The notes below the pieces were generated by a model. That model saw only the letters and a list, made by a program, of their open reading frames with translations. It searched no databases and had not been told where the DNA came from. From positions 44,064-108,063 of the IMG/VR virus record IMGVR_UViG_3300041956_000050: DNA of 64,000 nucleotides; one strand, 5' to 3'. Source of the stretch: a virus. The number at the start of each line of letters is the position of its first letter. The first letter of the stretch is position 1. The translations under genes and the position numbers were made by a program. This document shows, piece by piece, positions 1-10,265 of this stretch.

Positions 1-409
1 CTCAAGCGTGATCAGGCAGGCCGGTGCAAAGGCACCGGGGCGCGGCTCGATGGACACCACGACGCCGATGGTCAGGCTCGGACTTGAGGTGGTCGAGTTC
101 GACGTTTCTGACACAGTGCAATTCGCTGGCGAGATCACTAGCAAGAATCTTTACAGGATCAAGGTGGCTCAAGGCAACTATGCAATCGATCTCTTCACCG
201 CCGCAATCTGCTCCGGAATCACCTACGGAGCCGCCGCCGAACGACGGCGATAAGCGATGGGCCGTCATCGCTATTGACTGGAGCAGGCCGAACGTGATCG
301 CCTGGTTCTTGTCCGAGGAGGATGCCGACAAGGCGGCAGACGGCTACGACTCCCTGGCATTACGCGCGATAGCGGTGCCCGAGGGGCACCCGATGATCAA
401 GGAGTAACC

Positions 410-565
410 ATGGATGACGAACTGAAGGAAGCTGCCGACAACTTGGCAGCCAACGTGAAGTCATTCCTGTCGTCGCTCCCGTTCGTAGCTCCAGAGCAGA
501 TCGAGTTCCAGGCTCAGGTCAAGCTACGCGAGCCGCTTGAGGAATATGAGAACGTGCGGAATTGA
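410..565 (+). CDS. small hypothetical protein (51 aa, MDDELKEAAD...)
   Basis: AAGGAG RBS upstream of ATG 410; ORF translated by hand; overlaps the start of ruvC. Confidence 0.55.
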   Translation: MDDELKEAADNLAANVKSFLSSLPFVAPEQIEFQAQVKLREPLEEYENVRN

Positions 566-1028
566 CATCGGTAGTGCTAACTACAGGGCTATAGCGCTCG
601 TCGTCAATGGCGCTCCAGTTCGCGCTGCTGTTTGGAAGCCACCCGACAAACGTGACAGCAGGGCTATCATCTTGGAGCACTCGTTCAAGTGGTTTCAACG
701 GTGGCTACATATATTCAACCCTGATGTAGTCAGTGTTGAGCAACTTGTGGTGTTCCACAACAAGAAAACGATTCGCGCACTGTCGCACCATGAAGGCGTT
801 GCCCTGCTCGCGGCGAAGCGCAGTGGGGCCATAGTGCTGAATCCGTCACCGAGCCAGTCGCGTGCTGTAGTCTTCGCCAACGGACGACTCTCCAAAGACG
901 ACGCATGGGTGGCCTTCAAGAAAATGTACCCCGATCTCAAGCTGCTCGCCAAGAACAGCGGAGGGTCCGACCAGATGGATGCGTACACGCACGCACTGGC
1001 GGCTCCGACTGTTCTTGAGCGAAGGTGA
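546..1028 (+). CDS. ruvC: RuvC-like Holliday junction resolvase
   Basis: GIDIG, VSVEQ and DQMDA acidic motifs of the RuvC/RNase H fold; start taken at ATG 546 after GAGGA. Confidence 0.85.
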   Translation: MRTCGIDIGSANYRAIALVVNGAPVRAAVWKPPDKRDSRAIILEHSFKWFQRWLHIFNPDVVSVEQLVVFHNKKTIRALSHHEGVALLAAKRSGAIVLNPSPSQSRAVVFANGRLSKDDAWVAFKKMYPDLKLLAKNSGGSDQMDAYTHALAAPTVLERR

Positions 1029-1675
1029 CAAGACGCAAGGCGAAAAACCCGCAAGGGCCGTTGCCCCTTGTCTGGCGCGGATATCGCAACTGCGACCGCT
1101 GCACGGCCTGGCGTCCTGTTAGTGACTTTACTGTTTACCAGACGCGCACCGGCTACGAGCAGATCAAAGGGACGTGTGATGCGTGTAAGCGCCAGGTCGA
1201 GCGCGACCGCTACAACAAGCTGTCTCCGGCGCAGAAGAAGCTCAAGGGAGTCAAGGCCAACAAGCAGGCGCAGAAGCGCCGCGACAAGGCACTCATCTAC
1301 ATCGAGAGACAGCGCGCCATTCTTGACAAGCAGAACGACAAGATCGAGCGGCTGGAGAAGAAGGTTGAAGTCGCTCGTTCGCGGGTTCTACATGAGGAGA
1401 ATGGCAGCGAAACGTATGTTGACGCAATACCGTTCAGGATGTGGCTGCTGCGCCGACATCGCGAGAGTGGTTACAACGTCTCTGATCTGGCCGACGAGAT
1501 CGGTTTCGATCACTCTCAGGTGACCAGTTGGCTCAACGGATACAAGTGGAATGGAGCCGGTCGTGATCCTGCGCCGATGCGGTCAATCAAGCTCAGCACT
1601 GTTGACGAGGTAGCAGTGGCGTTGGGTGACCCCGGCCTCGTGGAAAGACTGTACCCACTGCTGGTAGAGGACTGA
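1025..1675 (+). CDS. Zn-finger / coiled-coil / XRE-like HTH protein
   Basis: CDRC...CDAC, charged coiled coil, C-terminal VSDLADEIGFDHSQVTSWLNG. Confidence 0.6.
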   Translation: MTRRKAKNPQGPLPLVWRGYRNCDRCTAWRPVSDFTVYQTRTGYEQIKGTCDACKRQVERDRYNKLSPAQKKLKGVKANKQAQKRRDKALIYIERQRAILDKQNDKIERLEKKVEVARSRVLHEENGSETYVDAIPFRMWLLRRHRESGYNVSDLADEIGFDHSQVTSWLNGYKWNGAGRDPAPMRSIKLSTVDEVAVALGDPGLVERLYPLLVED

Positions 1676-1695
1676 TCCGGTAGAATGCCCTGCAA

Positions 1696-2388
1696 ATGGG
1701 TGGCACAGATATCGCCAGGGCTGACGAAGTTGGCCTCACAGACCGCCAGATAGGCGCGCTGGGCCGATTGCACCGGCTCGGAGCTAAGCCTCGCATCGAG
1801 GGCGAGGTGTACGACTCAGACCCGCAGATTCGCGCTCTGCAACTGGTCTACGAGGGCAAGATGGGTGGCAAGGGCCTGGGGCAAGGTCGGCCTCGAACCG
1901 GCGTGGATCGCAAGGCTCGCGCGGCTGAGGTGATTGCGGCTGAGATCCGCGAGCGCTTTACCGGCAGGATGATCAGGGCTATTGACAGAGCCTTGAAGAA
2001 GGACGCCGGAACCCGCGCTAATCTTGATGCAGTGAAGCTGGCGCTCGACATCGAGAACCGCGAGGCAGCGCTGGCACTGAAGGAATACGAGGCCGAGTTC
2101 GACACCGCCACAAAGGAGCAGCTAATTGCCACCCTCTTCGAGCTTGTCGCGGAACCGCAGACAGCGGCAGCTATCGAAGGAACAGCCTGGGACATCACAG
2201 ACGCGGAGGTCGTTGAAGATCCATCCGCTTCTGGAGAGAGTGGGGGTAACGGAAGTGCCCCCAGTGTTGGCAGCAATGGGGATCACTCCGGAGACTCTGG
2301 ATCAGTTAGAGCCGTCCGACTTGCGCGACATCGTAAGCAGAGTGAAAACCCTTTCACGAAGGCTGCAATACGAAGGGCCGAGCAATGA
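1696..2388 (+). CDS. probable terminase small subunit
   Basis: Lies directly upstream of terL; helical, with GRP motif; TAGAAT -10 at 1681-1686. Confidence 0.55.
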   Translation: MGGTDIARADEVGLTDRQIGALGRLHRLGAKPRIEGEVYDSDPQIRALQLVYEGKMGGKGLGQGRPRTGVDRKARAAEVIAAEIRERFTGRMIRAIDRALKKDAGTRANLDAVKLALDIENREAALALKEYEAEFDTATKEQLIATLFELVAEPQTAAAIEGTAWDITDAEVVEDPSASGESGGNGSAPSVGSNGDHSGDSGSVRAVRLARHRKQSENPFTKAAIRRAEQ

Positions 2389-4150
2389 CGATGAGCTTCA
2401 CGCCTGGATCAAGAAGAACATCGGTGTTGACATCCCTCGTGAGCCGGTCTGTGAAGATCACGTAGCACCCTTTCAGTTCCTGGCAGATCTCTTCTTCGAG
2501 CGCGTGCCCTCGGCGCTTGCGCTGGCGAATCGTGGTGGCTCCAAGACTTTCATCGTCGCGCTGCTCCACTACCTCAACTGCACGTACAAGGCCGGATGCG
2601 GCTGCCTGACCTTCGGGGCGACGGAGGCTCAGGGCAATCGCTGTTATGGCAATATTGAGGACTGGTGCTACGTCCACGACGAAGATACTGGCAGGCGTAC
2701 TGACACAGTTCTGCCGTTCATCAGGGAAAAGCCGAAGAAGTCACAGACGGTGTGGAAGACCGGCTCGGTGGTCGAGGTCGTGGCCGGGTCTGAGAATGCC
2801 GTCTCTGGCCCGCACCCGGCGAAGGCGCATGCCGACGAGATTGATCAGATGGAACGGCCGGTGTGGAACCAGAGCCGTGGTATGGCCGTCACTAATCGTG
2901 CCACTGGGCCGTTGCCGCTGTGGATGCAGAAGTACGAGGGAATGATCCCGCCGCAGGACATCGCTACGAGCACGCGCAACTCGACCAAGGGGCTGATGCA
3001 GGAGCTTCTGGATGAGATCGAGCAAGATGTCAAGGATGGAAACATCGCACAGTTTGCGCTCTACACGTGGTGCATTTGGGAGACGATCAAGGAAGTCCCG
3101 AACTGCCGCTGTGTTGACAAGCGCCTGCGGCGGAAGCGCCTCAAGCAACTCGACATGGATGTTGACTCCCTCTGCGAGTGCAACCGCGTTGTGAAGGGCC
3201 GTTTGCCAAGTGGCAAGCCGAGGACCCTGGAGTCCATCTGTAAGGGCAAGGCGTTCCGCTCGCGCGGCTGGAAGCCGTATGTAGATCTCGTGATGACGTT
3301 CAAGCGCAACACTCCTGGCACGTGGACGTTGCAGCATGAGTGCCGCCACGGCATTGACGAGAACAACTACATCCAAGACTGGTCGCTGAACCTGTACGGC
3401 ATCCGCCACTACGAGCCGCATCCGATGTACGGGCCGATCTACCGGGGCGTTGACTGGGGATCGACGCACCCGGCCTGTGTGCTCTACTTCCAGTACCTGA
3501 CAGCAGAGGTGCCAGCACTCGGGTTCGACTACGAGCCGATCTGGCTGGAGTCCGGGATCTATGTGCTGTTCCACGAGATCTACATCGCGGGCAGCGACAG
3601 CCAGACGCTCGCCAAGCGTGTCGTCATGGTTGACGAGCAGTACCGCAAGGAGTACGGCGGCGCTTGGAAGGTCAAGGCTACGTTCTGTGACCCGCAGGGA
3701 GCCGGTGACCGGATCATCTTCAACAATCACGGCATCCCTTCCATCTGGCCCGTCAAGACGCGCAACAAGATCCGCTTCATCGAGACAGTGCAGAACCTCG
3801 TCATTGATGACAAGTTCGCCGTCGATGTCGATGCCGCTCCGATGTTCTGCGAAGAGGTCGAGGGCTGGCAGAAGGACCCACGTACTGGCAAGGAGCTTGA
3901 CAAGTACAACCACGCGATGGCGGCATGGCGCTACGGCATCTCCAACGCCGAAGTGATCGAGAGCCACCGCAGCCAGAAGAAGAACAAGGCAGTCCAGTCC
4001 AATGGCGCACAGCCTCAGCGGCAGGCAGTAGTGAGCCGTCGCACACCGATGGCGGCTGAAGCTGGCGAGATCGTCTACGGTTCGATAGCATCGCGCGGAG
4101 GTTCGGCAGTTCCGCTCGACCCGCGCTTCACCCTCAACGTGGACAAGTGA
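2213..4150 (+). CDS. terL: terminase large subunit
   Basis: Walker A-like NRGGSKT, Walker B AHADE, nuclease motifs GVDWG and FCDP, C-terminal NHAMAAWRY; start inferred at TTG 2213 after GGAGG (ORF open from 2126). Confidence 0.85.
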   Translation: MKIHPLLERVGVTEVPPVLAAMGITPETLDQLEPSDLRDIVSRVKTLSRRLQYEGPSNDDELHAWIKKNIGVDIPREPVCEDHVAPFQFLADLFFERVPSALALANRGGSKTFIVALLHYLNCTYKAGCGCLTFGATEAQGNRCYGNIEDWCYVHDEDTGRRTDTVLPFIREKPKKSQTVWKTGSVVEVVAGSENAVSGPHPAKAHADEIDQMERPVWNQSRGMAVTNRATGPLPLWMQKYEGMIPPQDIATSTRNSTKGLMQELLDEIEQDVKDGNIAQFALYTWCIWETIKEVPNCRCVDKRLRRKRLKQLDMDVDSLCECNRVVKGRLPSGKPRTLESICKGKAFRSRGWKPYVDLVMTFKRNTPGTWTLQHECRHGIDENNYIQDWSLNLYGIRHYEPHPMYGPIYRGVDWGSTHPACVLYFQYLTAEVPALGFDYEPIWLESGIYVLFHEIYIAGSDSQTLAKRVVMVDEQYRKEYGGAWKVKATFCDPQGAGDRIIFNNHGIPSIWPVKTRNKIRFIETVQNLVIDDKFAVDVDAAPMFCEEVEGWQKDPRTGKELDKYNHAMAAWRYGISNAEVIESHRSQKKNKAVQSNGAQPQRQAVVSRRTPMAAEAGEIVYGSIASRGGSAVPLDPRFTLNVDK

Positions 4151-6798
4151 ACATGGCTGATGTGAATGTCAAGATAGATGAGGGCGGCGTCGAAGAGGAA
4201 GACGTTGCCAAGATCGAGAAGTCCGTCAAGGGTCTTGACCAGGCCCCGACGACTGCTCAGCAGACACCGACTCAGGATCAGTGGACGGCGTTCAGTACAG
4301 CGCTCGGCCCACCGTTCGACTCTGAGCGCGTCACGCTGTATCAGATGCGGCAGATGCGCAAGGATGCGATGATCGCCTTCGGCCTGCACTACATCAAGGT
4401 GCCATTGGTAAGGGCAGAATGGCACATCGAGGCGCGCGACAAGGACGGCCCGAACGCACAAGTTGCCGCGTTTGTTGACGCCGCGCTGCGTCCGATCTAC
4501 GCCAGGTACATGTTCCAGCGGATGCTCGCGCTCGACTTCGGCTTCCAGGCGATGACGAAGCGCTTCATCATGAAGAACCCCGGAGGGATCTATAGCGATC
4601 CCACAGAGGCCGACGAGACGCGCCAGATCAAGCCGATTTGGGACGAGGGCAGCATCGATCCGGTGATCTGGAAGGCTCCTGTCCCGCTGCGCCCCGAACT
4701 TGTCAAGCCTGTTTTCGATGACAAGACTGGTGAGTTCGCCGGGATGACCTACGACGCTCCGCAAGTGCAGCGCCAGTCCACGAAGACGAGCCGTGGCAAG
4801 TCCAAGGGCCTGATGGAGATGGACGTGTACCACAGCCTGTGGGGCACGAACGCCAAGGACGACGAGCACGGCTCGATCTACGGCTTCCCGCGCACCGGCC
4901 ATGCGAGGGACTACTGGTGGGCCTACAAGTTCCTGTTCCAGCTTTCCAACCGTGGCTACGAGCGCGTGGCGATCCCGCCCGTCGTGGCCTACCACCCCGA
5001 AGGCAGCAGCGTCATTGATGACACAACCGGTGAGACGCAGCCGAACTGGCAGATTGCGCTTGAGATGGCAGACCGGCTCCGCAGCAACGCGGTCGCGGCC
5101 GTGCCGTCAACAATGGCGGAAGCCGGACTGGGGGAAGCGTCCAACTCGCAGCGTGCGTGGGACTTCAAGTTCCTAGAGACGCCGTGGCAGTCACTGTCAT
5201 CATTCGATACGCGCTTCAATTACCTGAACGTGATGAAGCTGCGCTCGGTGTGGGTGCCCGAGCAGGCTTTCATCGAGGGCGAGGGCGGCACAAGCTCGCG
5301 CAACGTCGCTTCGCAGATGGCCGAGATCTTCCAAGAGTCGCAGGCACTGTTGATGGAAGAGGCCGACGACGAGATCAATCGCTACATGATCCCGCAGCTT
5401 CTGATCGTCAACTTCCCGGAGTTCATCAACAATGGCGGCATTGCTCGCAAGGTGTCACACGGCTTCCGCAAGGAGGACATCGAGTTCTACAAGCAGGTGC
5501 TCCAGTTGATCGGCCAGAGCACGCCGGAGAAGCTGGCCGACGAGGTGGACGTGACCGAACTGCTGCGCCGGATGGGAGCGCCCCTGCGTGACGCCCGCGT
5601 GCTGGAGCGCGAGCGCCAGAAGCTCCAGGCACAGAGCGCGCTCGGATCGCCGCCTCTTGTCAACGGTGGTTCCGGCAACGTCAGCGTGATCGCCAATCCG
5701 AACGTCAACCCTGGCTTCCAGAATGGCGGCTCGGTTCCGTCACCGCGTGGCGGCGGCGCTGCGTCGGCGGCGGCTGGGTTCGCAGACCCGATGTATCAGC
5801 AGGCCACGATCTACATGCAGCCGCCGCCCCACATGGACGCCTGGCTCGGAGACGCCGACGACTTCATCACGTCGCTACCTGTCAGCAAGCACTACACTGA
5901 CAAGACGATTCGCTCGCTGTCGCTGCAACTGCGGCGTGTGTGGGAGGCCCACTTCCGGCGTCTGTATCCCGACTTCGCCAAGTACGTCAATGGGCTTGAC
6001 ACGCTCGAACTGGCCGATGGCAAGCGCGTGCGCATCACCAAGAAGACGGCTGAGGCAGCGGCGCGCAAGATCATGGACAAGTGGGGCGTGGCCAGCGAGG
6101 AGATGGACAAGCTGGCCAAGCGCTCGGCAGAGATCATCCGCAAGATGGTTGACAGGGGAGCCAAGCTCGATCAGAAGCGGACGCGGATCGATGCCGACCT
6201 TGACGAAGATGACATCGAGAGCTTCGTCGGAGAACAGGTGGGGCGATTGATCCGGCTCACAGATCGCACGTTCAAGGAGGAGATGCGTGGATTCGTCACC
6301 GACGCCATCCGAGATGGCCAAGGCCCTGGCGAGATTGCAGACGGCATTACGGCACATTTCGAGGGCTTTCCGACGACTCGCGCGGATCGTATTGCGCGTA
6401 GCGAGACTCGTGATGCGGTCAACGCTGCCACACTGTTGTCTGGTCAGGCATCCGGTATCCGCTACGTCCGGGCGACGGACGGCGAGGAGTTCGATGAGGA
6501 CTGCAAGAATCGCAATGGGCGGCTATACACCGTTCGCGAGGCTTGGCGTGAGATGCGCAAGGAACACCCCAACGGCACGCTCGGGTTCGATCTCATCCCG
6601 CGAGCGAACTTCTCGGTCGAGTACGTGGCGCAGATGCCTGACGGAGCGCCCGATGACTCCCTTGCCTTCTACGATTCGGACTCAGAGACGGCCTTCGTAG
6701 TCTTCAACAGTGATGGCACTGACCAGTACCTGTCGGAACTGGGCGAGTGGTTGATCCGCGAGGGCAGCAATGGCAACGGGGCGCATGCCAACGTATGA
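4147..6798 (+). CDS. portal protein fused to MuF-like minor head domain
   Basis: Follows terL; portal-like N-terminal ~500 aa; C-terminal RADRIARSETRDA...C...HPNG typical of Mu gpF/SPP1 gp7 domains. Confidence 0.75.
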   Translation: MNMADVNVKIDEGGVEEEDVAKIEKSVKGLDQAPTTAQQTPTQDQWTAFSTALGPPFDSERVTLYQMRQMRKDAMIAFGLHYIKVPLVRAEWHIEARDKDGPNAQVAAFVDAALRPIYARYMFQRMLALDFGFQAMTKRFIMKNPGGIYSDPTEADETRQIKPIWDEGSIDPVIWKAPVPLRPELVKPVFDDKTGEFAGMTYDAPQVQRQSTKTSRGKSKGLMEMDVYHSLWGTNAKDDEHGSIYGFPRTGHARDYWWAYKFLFQLSNRGYERVAIPPVVAYHPEGSSVIDDTTGETQPNWQIALEMADRLRSNAVAAVPSTMAEAGLGEASNSQRAWDFKFLETPWQSLSSFDTRFNYLNVMKLRSVWVPEQAFIEGEGGTSSRNVASQMAEIFQESQALLMEEADDEINRYMIPQLLIVNFPEFINNGGIARKVSHGFRKEDIEFYKQVLQLIGQSTPEKLADEVDVTELLRRMGAPLRDARVLERERQKLQAQSALGSPPLVNGGSGNVSVIANPNVNPGFQNGGSVPSPRGGGAASAAAGFADPMYQQATIYMQPPPHMDAWLGDADDFITSLPVSKHYTDKTIRSLSLQLRRVWEAHFRRLYPDFAKYVNGLDTLELADGKRVRITKKTAEAAARKIMDKWGVASEEMDKLAKRSAEIIRKMVDRGAKLDQKRTRIDADLDEDDIESFVGEQVGRLIRLTDRTFKEEMRGFVTDAIRDGQGPGEIADGITAHFEGFPTTRADRIARSETRDAVNAATLLSGQASGIRYVRATDGEEFDEDCKNRNGRLYTVREAWREMRKEHPNGTLGFDLIPRANFSVEYVAQMPDGAPDDSLAFYDSDSETAFVVFNSDGTDQYLSELGEWLIREGSNGNGAHANV

Positions 6799-6896
6799 CG
6801 GAAACCTCTTGACGCTGGACCTCGACATCACTGTATTTGGTGTTGTCATAAAAGTCGCTGGCACCATAGAGGTGCTGAACGTCCGAAGGCGTGTCA

Positions 6897-7160
6897 ATGC
6901 GCCCACGTAGGACACACAACACCACCCGCACACTGTCGCTCCGGGGAGGCACGGAGGACAACGATCTGTGGGTGTACGACCTCCCTGACGGCGACGGTCG
7001 GCATGTGATCGCCTCGGTGTGGGAGCCATCCGACGAGGAACGCAAGGCCATCGCTGAGGGCGAGAACGTGCGTCTGCTGGTGTGGGCCATCCGGGGCACC
7101 CAACAACCTGTCGCTATTGACACCACCGACGAGCTACTGGGGAAGCCGCCGAATGAATGA
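6897..7160 (+). CDS. hypothetical protein
   Basis: ORF packed into the operon, with plausible codon usage. Confidence 0.55.
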   Translation: MRPRRTHNTTRTLSLRGGTEDNDLWVYDLPDGDGRHVIASVWEPSDEERKAIAEGENVRLLVWAIRGTQQPVAIDTTDELLGKPPNE

Positions 7161-7875
7161 GATCTGGCTGTCAGACAATGGCGAGCCGCCGATCATGCTC
7201 GCTGTCAGAAAACCTGGCCAGGTGGCGGCGCAGCCTGATGCCTCCGGCGCTGTTGTCAGGCGTGGTGCTGCCTCTGGCAACCCGAACTTCGATCCGGTCA
7301 CCGGCAAGTTTGCGGGCAAGAAGCTCAGGGCGCTCAAGGATGGCCTGGAGGTGGTCGCTCAGACTGTGCAGCAGGGCGCGCTTCCAACGCAGAGCGGCGT
7401 CCCTACCGGCGTCGATGCCGATGCGTGGGCGCGCAGGCTGGCGGCAGTGCGTGACGCTGGCCGGACACTCGATGACCTGACGGCTGAGACGCTGACCGCA
7501 TTCCTGCGGGCAAGGGTGCTGGATGTCAATCAAGTTGACATTGGTCAGTTCCTGTCAGACGTGCAGTGGCAGCGGATCGCGGATCTGGCAGACGCGCTCC
7601 AGCAGAAGCACAAGGAGAAGGGCTTCGTCCGGATCGATGCGACGAGTGGCTGGATCAAGAAGGTCTTCAACAACCTCGACGGCCCGATGGCCGGACATCT
7701 TGTCAAGATTCTTGAAGGAAGGGGATGGAGCCAGGACGAGATCAAGAACAACATCATCAAGCGTGTCAAGAACAAGGAGATTCGGGGCTACCTCGAAACC
7801 CTCTATGGCACGCCGCTAGAGCAGGGCAAGGAAGAGAAGCCCCAAAAGGAAGAAGAGGTAAAGAGTGGCGTCTAA
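7153..7875 (+). CDS. hypothetical protein (possibly virion-associated)
   Basis: In-operon ORF starting MNEIWLSDNG, overlapping its neighbours. Confidence 0.6.
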   Translation: MNEIWLSDNGEPPIMLAVRKPGQVAAQPDASGAVVRRGAASGNPNFDPVTGKFAGKKLRALKDGLEVVAQTVQQGALPTQSGVPTGVDADAWARRLAAVRDAGRTLDDLTAETLTAFLRARVLDVNQVDIGQFLSDVQWQRIADLADALQQKHKEKGFVRIDATSGWIKKVFNNLDGPMAGHLVKILEGRGWSQDEIKNNIIKRVKNKEIRGYLETLYGTPLEQGKEEKPQKEEEVKSGV

Positions 7876-8542
7876 CGGTAGGCTCCCGGCTAGTTCACTA
7901 GGGGCGATCCCTGGTGGTCGGCTGGAGAAGCATGCAGCCAATTCGTGGCTACGGCTGCGCGCATACATCGGCAAGAAGGCGAACGTCTGGATCTGTCCTA
8001 CATCCAGCAGGACTGCTTACAGGACGTATGCAGAGCAGCAGTACTTCTGGAACCTCTACATCCATGGCCACGGCGCTCTCGCCGCACGGCCTGGCACGAG
8101 CAACCACGGCTGGGGCGTTGCTGTGGATGTTCCGCAAACAGTGATGGCGGCACTGATCAACCGCTACGGTGCGGACTTCGGATGGCAGAAGCGCTGGAGT
8201 GATGCGCCGAGCGAGTGGTGGCACTTCAAGTACGCGCCGCAGTACGACAAGCACAAGGGCGAGAAGCCCGGTGGTGTCAAGCCCAAGCATCCGGCTCACT
8301 ACCTGATGCGAGACGAGAAGCACTGGCGCGCGGTGCTTCGGCGCGAGCGCAGGCTGGCCAGAAAGGCTGGCGGCTGGGACAAGGTTGGTGATGATCATCG
8401 CACCATGGCCAAGCGCGCAAAGGCATGGCTGCGTCGGCGCATGACGCATATCAAGAAGGCTGCCAACTCCGAGAGTGGCGGCTGGAAGAAGCATCACCGC
8501 CGTGTCCGCTACAACTACATCAAGAAGGTTGTCGATGGCTGA
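7865..8542 (+). CDS. M15-family Zn peptidase (endolysin)
   Basis: YRTYAEQ, ARPGTSNHGWGVAVD (SxH...D) and EWWH motifs; basic C-terminus. Confidence 0.85.
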   Translation: MASNGRLPASSLGAIPGGRLEKHAANSWLRLRAYIGKKANVWICPTSSRTAYRTYAEQQYFWNLYIHGHGALAARPGTSNHGWGVAVDVPQTVMAALINRYGADFGWQKRWSDAPSEWWHFKYAPQYDKHKGEKPGGVKPKHPAHYLMRDEKHWRAVLRRERRLARKAGGWDKVGDDHRTMAKRAKAWLRRRMTHIKKAANSESGGWKKHHRRVRYNYIKKVVDG

Positions 8543-8867
8543 GAACGAAGTCACTGAGTCGCCGGTCATGCAGACCGAGGACCATCTGGAAGAAGCGGTC
8601 CCCACCACAGAGGTGACAACAACGGTGTCAGACATCCCGGTGGACTACGGGAACCCTGGCGTTGCCGACATCGCTGACCCGGCGTTCGATGACGTGGAGG
8701 ACGAGGACGACATGCCTGGTCCCGGCGAGCCGAAGGACGACGACGAAGAGATCGAGGACGACGAGGACGAGATGGACGAAGAAGAGGAGCCGGTCGTTCC
8801 GCCTGGCATCGAGGAGGGCCAGACGGCCGAGCCGGATTCCGAGTACGACCACGACCCGCAAGACTGA
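8535..8867 (+). CDS. very acidic hypothetical protein
   Basis: D/E-rich ORF between the two lysins, overlapping both. Confidence 0.6.
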   Translation: MAENEVTESPVMQTEDHLEEAVPTTEVTTTVSDIPVDYGNPGVADIADPAFDDVEDEDDMPGPGEPKDDDEEIEDDEDEMDEEEEPVVPPGIEEGQTAEPDSEYDHDPQD

Positions 8868-9607
8868 TGACTCTTCCTCTGACTCCGAACAAGACGATCC
8901 CGTCATCGCTCCGCAGGGGTGATATGGGATGGCCGGTGTATGGCCTCCAGACGGGCCTCGACAAGCTCGGCCATGACTTGACGTTCGATGGCGACTTTGG
9001 GCCTGCAACCGATCTGGCTGTGCGCAACTTCCAGATCAAGCAGAAGCTCACCGTCGATGGCATCGCCGGTATTACTACCCAAGCTCGGATCGTCACGCTG
9101 ATCGATGCCAAGACTCACGACAATCACCCTAGGCTGCCAACCGGTCTGCTGCGTGGGTTTGCGGAGTCAGAGGGAGGCAACAACCTCGGCGCTGTCAACT
9201 GGTCTGTCAAGGGTGGCGTCGATTGCGGAGTTGTGCAAATCCGCTGCTATGGCCCGCCGTACAAGTCGGAGGAGATGTACGCCGCCTATCACCCCGGCGT
9301 GGCGATGGAGCGGGTGGCAGTCACGTTCCTGGCGCGGACGCTCAGCTATAGCGAGATGAAATACGCCAAGAAGCATCCCATCGCTTTCTCACAGCGGTGT
9401 GCAGCCTTGTCATGGAACTGGCCCTTCGCAGCACAGGAGTACGCCGTGAATGGCGCGCTCCCCAACCCCAACAGGATTGCTGACTGGGCGGTCGGTATCA
9501 AGTTCCCCGATGGAACACCTGTCCGGACATGGAAAGACTGGGCACAGTTTTACGCCATGGGAGGCCCACACGGCGAGGGCAGAGTCACTCGCTACGTCCG
9601 CTGGTGA
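8867..9607 (+). CDS. peptidoglycan-binding domain plus lysozyme/SLT-like endolysin
   Basis: LRRGD...LQ...DGDFGPATDLAVRNFQ...VDGIAG (PG_binding_1), then ES..G and DCGVVQI glycosidase-like motifs. Confidence 0.8.
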   Translation: MTLPLTPNKTIPSSLRRGDMGWPVYGLQTGLDKLGHDLTFDGDFGPATDLAVRNFQIKQKLTVDGIAGITTQARIVTLIDAKTHDNHPRLPTGLLRGFAESEGGNNLGAVNWSVKGGVDCGVVQIRCYGPPYKSEEMYAAYHPGVAMERVAVTFLARTLSYSEMKYAKKHPIAFSQRCAALSWNWPFAAQEYAVNGALPNPNRIADWAVGIKFPDGTPVRTWKDWAQFYAMGGPHGEGRVTRYVRW

Positions 9608-9618
9608 AAGGAGTATTG

Positions 9619-10017
9619 ATGGGAGGACTCACACAAGGAGAGCGCCCGGCGATCACGCCGCCACAGATCGTGGCGATGATCATCGCTGGCATTCCCCTTG
9701 CCGCGCAGTTCCTGCATGGTTTCGGGATCTACGATCTCTCGGCCGAGTCGCAGGAAGCCCTCAACAATGCTGTCACGTGGGCTGGTGTGTTTGCTGGCTC
9801 GCTGATCGGCGGCGATGCGGTGCTGAGGACAGGCCGCAATCTGCGCAAGGGCAAGGTCGAGGCTGTCCTGGCCGAAGGCGGCGAGGCTCACACGCTGGAG
9901 ATCGTGCAGGACAGCATGCTCGTTCCGGCCAGCAAGCCGGTTGTCGCTACTGGCGGCACCCTCCAGGGCGGTGATCCGTCAACCAAGACCGGGTTCGAGG
10001 AGCCTCCGAAGCTATGA
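9619..10017 (+). CDS. putative holin
   Basis: AAGGAG RBS, two hydrophobic segments, directly after the endolysin. Confidence 0.6.
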   Translation: MGGLTQGERPAITPPQIVAMIIAGIPLAAQFLHGFGIYDLSAESQEALNNAVTWAGVFAGSLIGGDAVLRTGRNLRKGKVEAVLAEGGEAHTLEIVQDSMLVPASKPVVATGGTLQGGDPSTKTGFEEPPKL

Positions 10018-10256
10018 CTCTGCGCGGGCACGAAGATCTCAAGCCAAAGGCCATCGTCGGCTTCGACATGGGGTTCGCCCTGGTTGACTGCGGCGGTGAG
10101 GTGAAACGCTACCGGCTCGCTGTCGGGGCCATGGGCAACCTGATGGCAGCGCCGGTCGATGAGGCGGCGCTGAATGGAGTCGATCAGCTAGGATCACTGA
10201 CCGATCCCGGTCTTCGTGCCCCGCGTAGGCACACCACAGTAGACCAACGGATGTAA
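10014..10256 (+). CDS. hypothetical protein
   Basis: ATGA overlap with the holin gene. Confidence 0.5.
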   Translation: MTLRGHEDLKPKAIVGFDMGFALVDCGGEVKRYRLAVGAMGNLMAAPVDEAALNGVDQLGSLTDPGLRAPRRHTTVDQRM

Positions 10257-10265
10257 GGAGTATTG

